DNA of 35,936 nucleotides. It comes from a virus (lineage: Duplodnaviria > Caudoviricetes). The stretch's first letter is position 1. Every line of letters starts with the position of its first letter. The position numbers and the translations under genes are program-made. The DNA is taken from IMG/VR virus record IMGVR_UViG_3300032212_000089, positions 1 to 35,936 of that record; one strand, 5' to 3'. Shown piece after piece: positions 19,171 through 26,678 of this stretch. A model generated the notes under the pieces. The model was not told the DNA's origin. It saw only the letters and a program-made list of their open reading frames with translations, and did not search any database.

Positions 19171-19922
19171 AAAGAACGTTTTTAGTTTTGTTTCTGCTAA
19201 CGGTTGGCTTCGGGTTTGCATCCCCGACAAGTCCGCCGAAAGTGGCTTTAAAGCCACTGATTCAAGTTGAATCGCCAAGAGTCACGGCGCCGGATAGCGT
19301 CGAAGTTGGGGACGCGGTTGTCTTGGCATTGTCTGAAATCAAAGAAGCTCGGGTCGTTTGGATTGCGGACGGGGTTAACTTCGTTGTTACCGATCGGCAT
19401 CGAGAAATCATCGACACAGATGGCGATACAATCGAATTTAAATCGGTTCCGGCTAGTTCCTTGATCTTTAAAGCGGAAAAGCCGGGGGTTTTTACGTTTA
19501 CTTGTTTGGTCATCCCGCACGATATCAAGCAAGTAATAAAGCAAACTCGACACGTCGTAGCCGTAAAAGGAAAGATTCCGGACGAAGGCGGAAGCGACGA
19601 CGGGAAGAAGAAAGACCCGGAAGAAGACCCGAAACCAAACGCGGACGTTGGCGCCGTAGTGGTTATCGAGCAAAGAAGCGTACTCAATGAAGCGTCGCGA
19701 AATATCCGAATGTCGGAAACATGGCGGAAGATGTCGCAGACAAAAGAGATTGTCCAGAAGGCTAGTTGGTATGATGTTGATAACCCGGAAGCGGCGGATT
19801 TTGTCCCCGCGGCCAAGTCTGTAGGTTTGCCGGCTGTCTTGTTATTTGATAAGTCGGGAACCTTTCTAAAGGCTTACCCGTTACCGAAAACCGAAAAAGC
19901 CCTTTTGGAGTTGGTCCAATGA
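19167..19922 (+). CDS. Secreted protein, Ig-like N-terminus and thioredoxin-fold-like C-terminus
   Basis: Signal peptide MKRTFLVLFLLTVGFGFA; GLPAVLLFDKSG motif. Confidence 0.55.
   Translation: MKRTFLVLFLLTVGFGFASPTSPPKVALKPLIQVESPRVTAPDSVEVGDAVVLALSEIKEARVVWIADGVNFVVTDRHREIIDTDGDTIEFKSVPASSLIFKAEKPGVFTFTCLVIPHDIKQVIKQTRHVVAVKGKIPDEGGSDDGKKKDPEEDPKPNADVGAVVVIEQRSVLNEASRNIRMSETWRKMSQTKEIVQKASWYDVDNPEAADFVPAAKSVGLPAVLLFDKSGTFLKAYPLPKTEKALLELVQ
19242..19257. repeat. 16-bp palindrome, copy 3 (within CDS, encodes VALKP)
   Basis: Read directly. Confidence 0.95.
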
Positions 19923-20761
19923 TGGAAACGGAAACCGGAAGAATAGTTGGAACATTGGCCGAAGCTCGAAAGCTTGGGAAGCGAGTAAAGTCTACGTCTG
20001 TACTTCCAAATTGGACTTGGGAAGAAGCGATCGAAGCCTATAAGAATTCGCCAAAGTGGAAGCGGAAGGATTGGTTTCCAATCGACGTTTTCCAGAAGAA
20101 CCAAGGCGGGCGCGGAAGTTGTAATTTCTATATGCAGGGCGGTATTTCCGAACGGGTGATAATGCAGAACTTTGGGTTCTATATCAAGCTTTCCCCGGAA
20201 TACGGTTACGCCCAAGCGGTCGACGGTAACGATATGGGCAGCTTGCTTTCGGAGTCCTTGAAATTCGGGCAAACGAAAGGGCTGCCGCCATATCTCGCAA
20301 GGCATTACGAAAAGATTCGAAAAAGGGATTTCAACGCATCAGACCGCGAAAACGCCTTGTTCTTTTGTGGTTTCGAATGGGAACCAATCAACAACTATAA
20401 GGAAGCTTGGATTGCTTCGGTCTTGGGGTATCCCGTAGCAACGGCAATTCATGCAGGCCGGAACTATGAACAGTTGCAAACGTCCGGGAAGTTCAAGGGG
20501 TTTTGCGGAGTAAGCAACGGCGGCGGGAATCATGCCGTTCTATGCGATCGTCCAATAATCAAGAACGATATTCCTGGACTCGAGCAACCGGGTAGTTGGG
20601 GCGTTAATATCCATCGGGACGGAATCGCGACATTGCACGAAGGACACTTCAAGCAAACGATTAACAATCATCAATTTTGGATTGCCACCGGAATGAAGAT
20701 CAATCGTCCAAAAGTTGAAACCAAATTCAAGAAGCATATCGTTTATCACTTTGCGGCATAG
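19919..20761 (+). CDS. Papain-like (C1) cysteine peptidase
   Basis: NQGGRGSC (catalytic Cys), LSPEYGY, GNHAV (His), GSWG. Confidence 0.8.
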   Translation: MMETETGRIVGTLAEARKLGKRVKSTSVLPNWTWEEAIEAYKNSPKWKRKDWFPIDVFQKNQGGRGSCNFYMQGGISERVIMQNFGFYIKLSPEYGYAQAVDGNDMGSLLSESLKFGQTKGLPPYLARHYEKIRKRDFNASDRENALFFCGFEWEPINNYKEAWIASVLGYPVATAIHAGRNYEQLQTSGKFKGFCGVSNGGGNHAVLCDRPIIKNDIPGLEQPGSWGVNIHRDGIATLHEGHFKQTINNHQFWIATGMKINRPKVETKFKKHIVYHFAA

Positions 20762-20770
20762 GAGAATATT

Positions 20771-21337
20771 ATGCGCGGACTGTTTTTAATTGCGTTTTTG
20801 TTGCTGTCGACTACGGCAAACGCTACCGATTTGATCCTTAAAATGCCAAAGTTGAGCATGGAAAAGGAAGTCGACACGAAGGAACCGGAATTCCTGGCGG
20901 GAACGTTCCCCCGAATCCAAGACGGTATCGAATGCGATCCAGTAACGGGGTTGTGAAGGAGTACGAAGCCCGCGGTAGTTATCGCGCAGGATCCCCCAAA
21001 GGCATCTTTAAAGGCTTCCGATTGCACTTGCGAAAATTGCAGTTGTGGAGTTAGGGCGGCTGAGCCGGTGAAAGTTGCCGAACCGGTTGTAGTGTCGGAA
21101 ATGGTTTCTTCACCCGTCTGTCCTGATTGCGGAAGAACCGATTGCCAAAATTCTGGCGGTCTTTCGTCCTCGGGGAATGCGTTCGTTACGAATAGTTCCG
21201 GACAACTTCCCGCAACGGTGGGCGTAAGTCGCTTCCGGACGCTTAGAGGAAGCCCACGGTTAACGCGGGATTCATCCGGGACGGTTTATCGTGTCGCAAG
21301 GGTCCGGACGTTCTGGCGTCGCCTATGGGGCTTGTAA
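20771..21337 (+). other. Secreted Cys-rich protein interrupted by a single in-frame TGA (20954-20956)
   Basis: ORFs 20771-20956 and 21068-21337 are in the same frame with no other stop between them; AGGAG RBS; signal peptide. Confidence 0.6.
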
Positions 21338-21383
21338 TCGGCTAGAATAGATTAACAACCCGGCCGATAGTATCCGCCGGCCT

Positions 21384-21414
21384 AACGCCCCGTAAAAGGG
21401 GCGTTTCTGTTTCT
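21384..21414 (+). terminator. Probable intrinsic terminator
   Basis: AACGCCCC-GTAAAA-GGGGCGTT followed by TCTGTTTCT. Confidence 0.55.
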
Positions 21415-21453
21415 TGGTTGAAAGACGTCCTTTTTGCTGATATCTTCTTTTGA

Positions 21454-21473
21454 GTTACCACACCCCCACGGAA
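21454..21473 (+). promoter_or_regulatory. Leader motif GTTACCACAC-CCCC-ACGGAA
   Basis: Upstream of ATG 21495; 18/20 complementary to the attP-trailer element. Confidence 0.7.
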
Positions 21474-21494
21474 AAAACCTTTTAGGGGGGCGTT

Positions 21495-21887
21495 ATGTCT
21501 ACCAAGATTGACGACAAGATCGCGGAAATCGACGCGAAAATAGAACGATTGAAGATTGAAAAGGGCGTATGGCAGGAAGCGAAAAGCGTAGTTCCTGGAA
21601 TAGTCGAAAACCCGCAAGTGGCTTTAAAGCCACCCGAGAAACCAAAAAGGAAGCGGGCGCCAAGGAAAGACGCAACAAAACTAACCCTTCAATACTTCTT
21701 AGATCGGGACAATAAACAAGCTTCCAAGCGGGATATTTCCGAAGAAATCGGCGTTCAGTCCGGAAGCGTCCAAAACGTTCTAAAGCTGGCGAAGAACGGT
21801 TACGAACAAATCAAGGTCGGAGACCGGAACGTCGAATGGAAACTAAAGAATTCGGTTTATCAGAAAGCCAAGAAGGCCCAACAGTAA
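21495..21887 (+). CDS. Coiled-coil + winged-HTH DNA-binding protein
   Basis: ASKRDISEEIGVQSGSVQNVLK HTH; C-terminal wing (EWKL). Confidence 0.6.
   Translation: MSTKIDDKIAEIDAKIERLKIEKGVWQEAKSVVPGIVENPQVALKPPEKPKRKRAPRKDATKLTLQYFLDRDNKQASKRDISEEIGVQSGSVQNVLKLAKNGYEQIKVGDRNVEWKLKNSVYQKAKKAQQ
21618..21633. repeat. 16-bp palindrome, copy 4 (within CDS linker, encodes VALKP)
   Basis: Read directly. Confidence 0.95.
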
Positions 21888-22055
21888 CCCGACGAAAACA
21901 CCGGAATAGAAACCGGGCGAATGGATCTTCCTTGCCCGGTATCCGTGTTTTTTAGCGTCTTCTATGTAAGCGTCCCTTGGGTCATCAAAGGAACGAATAA
22001 TCGTCTTTTGGTCATCCTTCGCCAATTCGACGCGTAATTGATTGGTTGATCGCAT
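21843..22055 (-). CDS. Hypothetical protein with C-terminal TM
   Basis: 70 aa with hydrophobic tail, downstream of the integrase. Confidence 0.45.
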   Translation of the reverse strand: MRSTNQLRVELAKDDQKTIIRSFDDPRDAYIEDAKKHGYRARKIHSPGFYSGVFVGLLLGLLGFLINRIL

Positions 22056-22144
22056 TTATATAACCGGTCAATCCTTCCACGGCGCGGTTGAAAGCTTTCG
22101 AGCCGCGGCCCAATTCCAAAGCTTTAAACCCCGCCGATTCTGCC

Positions 22145-22690
22145 CTATCTTTCGCGGATTTTAATCCAGTCCCAACGAATGCGCAGGAGATCGGCCCGGC
22201 GTAATCCGGTATCCCAAGCGGCCATTAAGAGCGATTGAGCGTAATACTTCTTCCGAATCTGTGTTGATTGAAAGCGACCACGTAGAGAATCGCAAGCTTC
22301 AATTAATCGGCGGACTTCTTCCGGCGTCCAAACGTCCTTCGGGGTGTCGTGGCACCTGGGCGACTTTATCCGCATCTTTCGATAACGAGTTACCCGCAAG
22401 TCGAAAGCGTCCGCCAAGATGGCCAGAATGGCCGCCTTCCTTGATTTGACCGTATACGGTGAAACGTTCTTCGAATACTCCGAAAGCCAACGATTGATTA
22501 TCAAATCGCCATTCTGTCTACCGGTTTCTTTGTCGATGGTCTTTTCCAATTCCGCGAAACGAACTTCACCGCCATGATACTTTTCAAAGACGTTAAGCGC
22601 GTTCCGATACGAAAGAATGGTCGGAATCGCTAAATCGTTTTCTTCGGTGTATTGGGTCAAGAACTGACGAACTGTTTTTAGCTTTTGCAT
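22145..22690 (-). pseudogene. int: Tyrosine integrase, C-terminally truncated
   Basis: Core-binding domain, WTPEEVRRLI and DTGLRRADLL (first catalytic Arg), then a stop; no HxxR or catalytic Tyr region. Likely start is ATG at 22690. Confidence 0.8.
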
Positions 22691-22884
22691 CGTGGTGGTA
22701 ATTCCCGATTGAATATTAAACCGGGCGTCCGTGCGCGTTAACGCAATCCGTTTATTGCCTAATAGATTGTAAATCGGGAAAACGCAGTTAACAAACGTTA
22801 AGAAATTCGAAAAAGCCTGAAATAGAGAAAAAGCCTTTAAAACGCGGGTTATTTCGGCGTTACACACAAGATTTTAGGGATTGA

Positions 22885-22937
22885 ATTTAGGATCCAGTGG
22901 GAGAAATCCCGTGCAGGTTCGATTCCTGTTTCGCCCA
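22885..22937 (+). other. attP core: 3' half of tRNA-Leu(TAG)
   Basis: Anticodon loop TTTAGGA, stem strand TCCAG, variable arm GGGA-GAAA-TCCC, T arm GCAGG-TTCGATT-CCTGT, acceptor strand TTCGCCC-A. No 5' half. Next to the integrase. Confidence 0.9.
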
Positions 22938-22939
22938 TT

Positions 22940-23003
22940 CGAACCGGGGTTATTTACGGAAGTCCTTCCGTTGGTGTGTGGTAACCCCATTAACCCCGGT
23001 TCG
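22940..23003 (+). ncRNA. Candidate tRNA-trailer antisense sRNA
   Basis: 13-bp perfect outer stem CGAACCGGGGTTA/TAACCCCGGTTCG enclosing an ACGGAA-GTCC-TTCCGT hairpin and unpaired TGGTGTGTGGTAAC; complementary to multiple phage gene leaders. Confidence 0.6.
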
Positions 23004-23062
23004 TCCTTTCATTGTCACCGAATTACGCTAGAATTTCGCATTATTACGGAGAAAGTTACCCA

Positions 23063-23275
23063 ATGATTGAAGCATTTATTAAATTGCTCGAGAGGGAAAT
23101 CGAAAAGACGAGCAAGAGGAAAGTTGCCAAGAAGGCCAATATCGGCCGAAGGACGTTAGACGGATACGTTGCTCGGGAAATGTCCCCCAACATTTCAAAG
23201 ATAGAAGAGATTTTGGAAAATCTTGGCTATTCCGGAACAATGAAGTTCAAGCGATCGACGAAAAAGGTCGCTTAG
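23063..23275 (+). CDS. XRE/Cro-type HTH regulator
   Basis: SKRKVAKKANIGRRTLDGYVAREMSPNISKIEEILENLG; GGAG RBS before ATG 23063. Confidence 0.8.
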   Translation: MIEAFIKLLEREIEKTSKRKVAKKANIGRRTLDGYVAREMSPNISKIEEILENLGYSGTMKFKRSTKKVA

Positions 23276-23307
23276 CGGTCTGTTTGAAAAATAATTTAAG
23301 AAAAATT

Positions 23308-23332
23308 ACCCCGCTTTTTGTCGGGGTTTTTT
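23308..23332 (+). terminator. Probable intrinsic terminator after the HTH gene
   Basis: ACCCCG...CGGGGT followed by TTTTT. Confidence 0.55.
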
Positions 23333-23440
23333 AATGCGCAGATTACTTTTTTGGAAATAATTATGAGATAGGGGTGGCGTTGCTGACTGCGCCACCATAA
23401 GATTCGACCAAAGCAATAAACGGGGTGTAAAAACTCCAGT

Positions 23441-23483
23441 GTTACCACACACCAAACCCCCGAGTACCACACTCACGGAAGGA
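23441..23483 (+). promoter_or_regulatory. Tandem leader motifs GTTACCACACACCAA and TACCACAC-TC-ACGGAAGGA
   Basis: Upstream of ATG 23490; the first is a 15/15 complement of 22971-22985. Confidence 0.75.
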
Positions 23484-23489
23484 TTTCTT

Positions 23490-23888
23490 ATGGGCTTCGA
23501 TTATTACGATCGCCTATTGTCGCAAGTGGCGGCCGACGAAGCGGCGGAAGGTTTTTACGATACCCGCCTTCGTTGTTGCGAGTGTCAATCTTTTGAATTC
23601 CCTTTGGATTCTCCCAACGATTCTTCGGACTTATTTTGTCCTGAATGCCTGGAAAACGTCGAAGCCGAATTAGCTTTGGAGTTCTTGCCTTGCCCTTCGC
23701 CTTCGTCGTTAGTTGCTGATTTTATCAGATCGCAACGGGATGAATTATTAAAGGCGATTGGCTTACCGTTCTATCTTCTAACGACTCCTAACCGAATGGC
23801 TTGGGAAACGGCGAAGTTAAACACGAAGATAAGAAGAATCGAATTTAAAGCCGAAGCAAGTAAGAACGGGCTTTTTCTGAGTCCGTAA
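23490..23888 (+). CDS. Hypothetical zinc-binding protein
   Basis: CCEC...FCPEC; GGAAGGA RBS. Confidence 0.55.
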   Translation: MGFDYYDRLLSQVAADEAAEGFYDTRLRCCECQSFEFPLDSPNDSSDLFCPECLENVEAELALEFLPCPSPSSLVADFIRSQRDELLKAIGLPFYLLTTPNRMAWETAKLNTKIRRIEFKAEASKNGLFLSP

Positions 23889-24043
23889 ACGGTAGGCTTT
23901 CGCCTTCCCGAATCCGCAAACGATTAAGTTCGTTCTTACTTGTTTATTACCACACGAAAAGGAATGTTATGTCTAGCGAAAGTAGGCAGCGAGTGAAGCC
24001 ATCGGGGGAGGAATCCAGTGAGTGAACGAAAGGAAAGTTTGAA

Positions 24044-24232
24044 ATGCTTGTAATGTCACGGAAGCGAGACGAAGTAGTCGTAATCAGCGCCTACGACGCA
24101 AAGGGTAATCCAATTCAGGTAAAGGTGATGGTCGTTGATATCCGGGGCGATAAGGCCCGTTTGGGGTTTGATGCTCCGAAGGATATTTCGTGCCATCGTT
24201 TGGAAATTCAACAGAAGATCGAAGGGGTTTAG
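24044..24232 (+). CDS. csrA: Carbon storage regulator CsrA homologue 1
   Basis: MLVMSRKRDE...VVDIRGDKARLGFDAPKDISCHRLEI. Confidence 0.9.
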   Translation: MLVMSRKRDEVVVISAYDAKGNPIQVKVMVVDIRGDKARLGFDAPKDISCHRLEIQQKIEGV

Positions 24233-24234
24233 TT

Positions 24235-24423
24235 GTGGTTAAAGATGAAAAAGTGATTCGTGACAAGATAATACAAATCCAATGCGTCCCGGTTCCTAAT
24301 AATCACCGGACTCAATGCACCTTTTTTATTTATGCGTTGGATGAAACAGGGCGAATTTGGTCGAAGCGTGGCGACACCGACGACCGTTTCCGAGAAGAAA
24401 GTTTAAATTTTGTAGACGCTTAG
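24235..24423 (+). CDS. Hypothetical protein
   Basis: ORF between the csrA copies; start uncertain. Confidence 0.45.
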   Translation: MVKDEKVIRDKIIQIQCVPVPNNHRTQCTFFIYALDETGRIWSKRGDTDDRFREESLNFVDA

Positions 24424-24439
24424 GTGGCTTTAAAGCCAC
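24424..24439. repeat. 16-bp palindrome, copy 5 (abuts a stop codon)
   Basis: Read directly. Confidence 0.95.
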
Positions 24440-24522
24440 TTTGGTAATTGAATGGCGGGATTGCCTTCGGGTTAATCTCGGCTCTGAATTACCACCACAC
24501 CAAAAGAAGAAGGGAATTTCTA

Positions 24523-24723
24523 ATGCTTGTTCTATCAAGGAAAAAGGGCCAGACAATCGATATAGCTGGCGGCGCGAAAGACGGGGGAGTAACGATAACC
24601 GTTCTTTCCATTGGCGGAAGCGTTCGAATTGGGACGGAAGCCCATAGGGACGTATCTATCGTTCGTGGGGAACTTCGGAAGCGTGACGAAATGAAGCAAT
24701 CGGTTTCGTCAAATGAAGAATAG
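24523..24723 (+). CDS. csrA: Carbon storage regulator CsrA homologue 2
   Basis: MLVLSRKKGQTIDI...ITVLSIGGSVRIGTEAHRDVSIVRGEL. Confidence 0.85.
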   Translation: MLVLSRKKGQTIDIAGGAKDGGVTITVLSIGGSVRIGTEAHRDVSIVRGELRKRDEMKQSVSSNEE

Positions 24724-24834
24724 GGATTCCGTAGCCTTCGTTGTGATGGTTTGCGCCTTTGCGTTTACCGTCGGTTGCGGGGTTTTGATCGGTCTGAATT
24801 TACTAATTGAATCTTTTAACTTTTAGGGTGTAAA

Positions 24835-25401
24835 TTGAATAAATCTGAATCTATAAGTCAACTTGCGGCAGCCTTGTTTAAGGCCCAATCCGAATTCGAA
24901 GGCGTTGAAAAGAGTACCGAAAACACTTTTCTAAAGTCCAAGTATGCCGATTTGGCGGCGTGCCTGGATGCTTCCCGGAAGCCTTTGGCGTCTAACGGTC
25001 TTTCCGTTGTCCAGTTGCCAAGCTTTTCGGAAGGAATGGTAAAGGTCGAAAGCGTACTTTTGCACGATTCTGGGGAATGGATTAGTTCCGAATTGGCAAT
25101 GAAGCCGGTTAAGGACGACCCGCAAGGGATTGGATCGACTATCACTTACGCTAGGCGGTATCTGTTGGCGTCAATGCTTGGGTTGGCTCAAAAGGACGAC
25201 GACGCCGAAGCCCGATTGAACAAGGGCGAAAAAATCAAGGTTACCCAAGCGGCGACAATCCGGAAGGCTTTGGGCGACATTGAAATGACGGAAGAAGACT
25301 TCCAAAAGAAAGTAAGGGTTAAGTCGATCGAGGAAATGGGAATCGACCGTTACCCGAATTGTGTTGAATGGTTAATCGAACAAGGGGCGGAAATTGAATA
25401 A
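24835..25401 (+). CDS. erf: ERF-family single-strand annealing protein
   Basis: KSKYADL, LLHDSGEWI, PQGIGSTITYARRY, DDDA. Confidence 0.9.
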   Translation: MNKSESISQLAAALFKAQSEFEGVEKSTENTFLKSKYADLAACLDASRKPLASNGLSVVQLPSFSEGMVKVESVLLHDSGEWISSELAMKPVKDDPQGIGSTITYARRYLLASMLGLAQKDDDAEARLNKGEKIKVTQAATIRKALGDIEMTEEDFQKKVRVKSIEEMGIDRYPNCVEWLIEQGAEIE

Positions 25402-26272
25402 CTTCCAGAATAACGAAGAATGGCACGAAGCCAGAAAAGGAAAGATAACGGCGTCTCGCGTTCCTGGAATCCTTGGGAATTCATCTTTTACGGATAGAGA
25501 TGGCGTAATGCGGGAAATGGTCCGCCAGCACTTTGGCGCGGAAAAGGAATTCTTAGGGAACGTTGCCACGGAAATCGGCAACGAATACGAAGACGACGCA
25601 TTGGCTGCGGTCGAAAGGAAGTTGGAAGGCATTATCGAATCGGTCGGCCTGATTGTTTCCGATAAGTTCGCCTGGGCGTCTTGCTCGCCGGATGGAAGGA
25701 TTTCAAAGGAAACGGGCGTAGAAGTCAAAGTCCCGTATCGGAAAGAGATTTCGGAAGTCGTTAAGGATCCCGGATACGCGGACCAATGCTTTTGGTCGAT
25801 GTTTGTAACCGGTTCTTCGTTTTGGTGGCTTGCGGCCTATGATCGGAATAGCGGCGCCGTCGATATGGTGAAGTTTGATAAGGCCGGGCTTGCTGAATGG
25901 GAAGCTAACAACTTCGAAACAATCGTTTCATTCCGGGAAGAGTACGAAGCAATCATCGAAGATCCGCAAAAGGCGGAACCGTACTTGGAACCGTTGGTCG
26001 TTGATCAGTCCGGAAGGGAATGGCTCGAGGCGGCCGGGATTTATCTGGAAGCTAAGGCGGAAGAAGCCCAAGCGAAAGCAAGGGCAGAAACCGCGAAGAA
26101 TCTTTTAACTGAATTGAGCGGCGGAAAGAAAAGCAAGGGCGGCGGCGTCCTGCTTATTCCTGGGCGTCGAAAGACAACGGACTATTCCCGAATCGTTAAG
26201 GAATTGGGCGTTAATGTGGAAGACTACCAAAAAGAAGGAAACGTCTTCTTTACGGTGAAGGCTTCAAAATGA
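25394..26272 (+). CDS. YqaJ/lambda-exonuclease family protein
   Basis: EWHEARKGKITAS, GNEYE, SCSPDG, EVKVP. Confidence 0.88.
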   Translation: MNNFQNNEEWHEARKGKITASRVPGILGNSSFTDRDGVMREMVRQHFGAEKEFLGNVATEIGNEYEDDALAAVERKLEGIIESVGLIVSDKFAWASCSPDGRISKETGVEVKVPYRKEISEVVKDPGYADQCFWSMFVTGSSFWWLAAYDRNSGAVDMVKFDKAGLAEWEANNFETIVSFREEYEAIIEDPQKAEPYLEPLVVDQSGREWLEAAGIYLEAKAEEAQAKARAETAKNLLTELSGGKKSKGGGVLLIPGRRKTTDYSRIVKELGVNVEDYQKEGNVFFTVKASK

Positions 26273-26383
26273 GATATAGCCCACAGGAATTCGAACGCCG
26301 AATCGAGGAAATAACCGGCGCTCGGGTTTCCCTGGGGTTCGATGTAAAGGACGGAAAAGTCGAATCGATAACGGTGGAAGACG

Positions 26384-26644
26384 ATGGACCAAAAGACGAT
26401 AAAAGGAACGATCGGAAGTGCGATCTTTAGGGACGAAGCGGTCCACTTTGTTTATATAACGCCGAAGCGGGTTTCGACCCGTTTGGTAATGCCTTATCGG
26501 TGGCGTTCGGTGAATAGCTTTATCGGCCTGGACTTTGGGCGGGATGACTTACGGGAGTTTGTAACAACGAAAATAAGCCGTATTCGGATGATTCGGGCAA
26601 ACGAAGTATTCCCACCGTTTTTTATGCTTGAAGTTGACTTTTGA
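26384..26644 (+). CDS. Stand-alone WYL-like domain protein
   Basis: FVY...STRLVMPY...FIGLDFGRDDLREFVTTKISRI follows the WYL pattern. Confidence 0.55.
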   Translation: MDQKTIKGTIGSAIFRDEAVHFVYITPKRVSTRLVMPYRWRSVNSFIGLDFGRDDLREFVTTKISRIRMIRANEVFPPFFMLEVDF

Positions 26645-26678
26645 CAAATGAACCTAAACCGAAAATGGAAGGCTCCCA

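Noticed and set aside
22012-22170. Programmed frameshift or readthrough restoring a full integrase
   Set aside because: The same frame stops again after 6 codons, and the alternative frames lack HxxR and the catalytic Tyr.
22850-22937. Complete tRNA-Leu gene
   Set aside because: No 5' acceptor strand or D-arm upstream, and the 5' side of the anticodon stem (TTGAA) does not pair well with TCCAG. It is an att core fragment.
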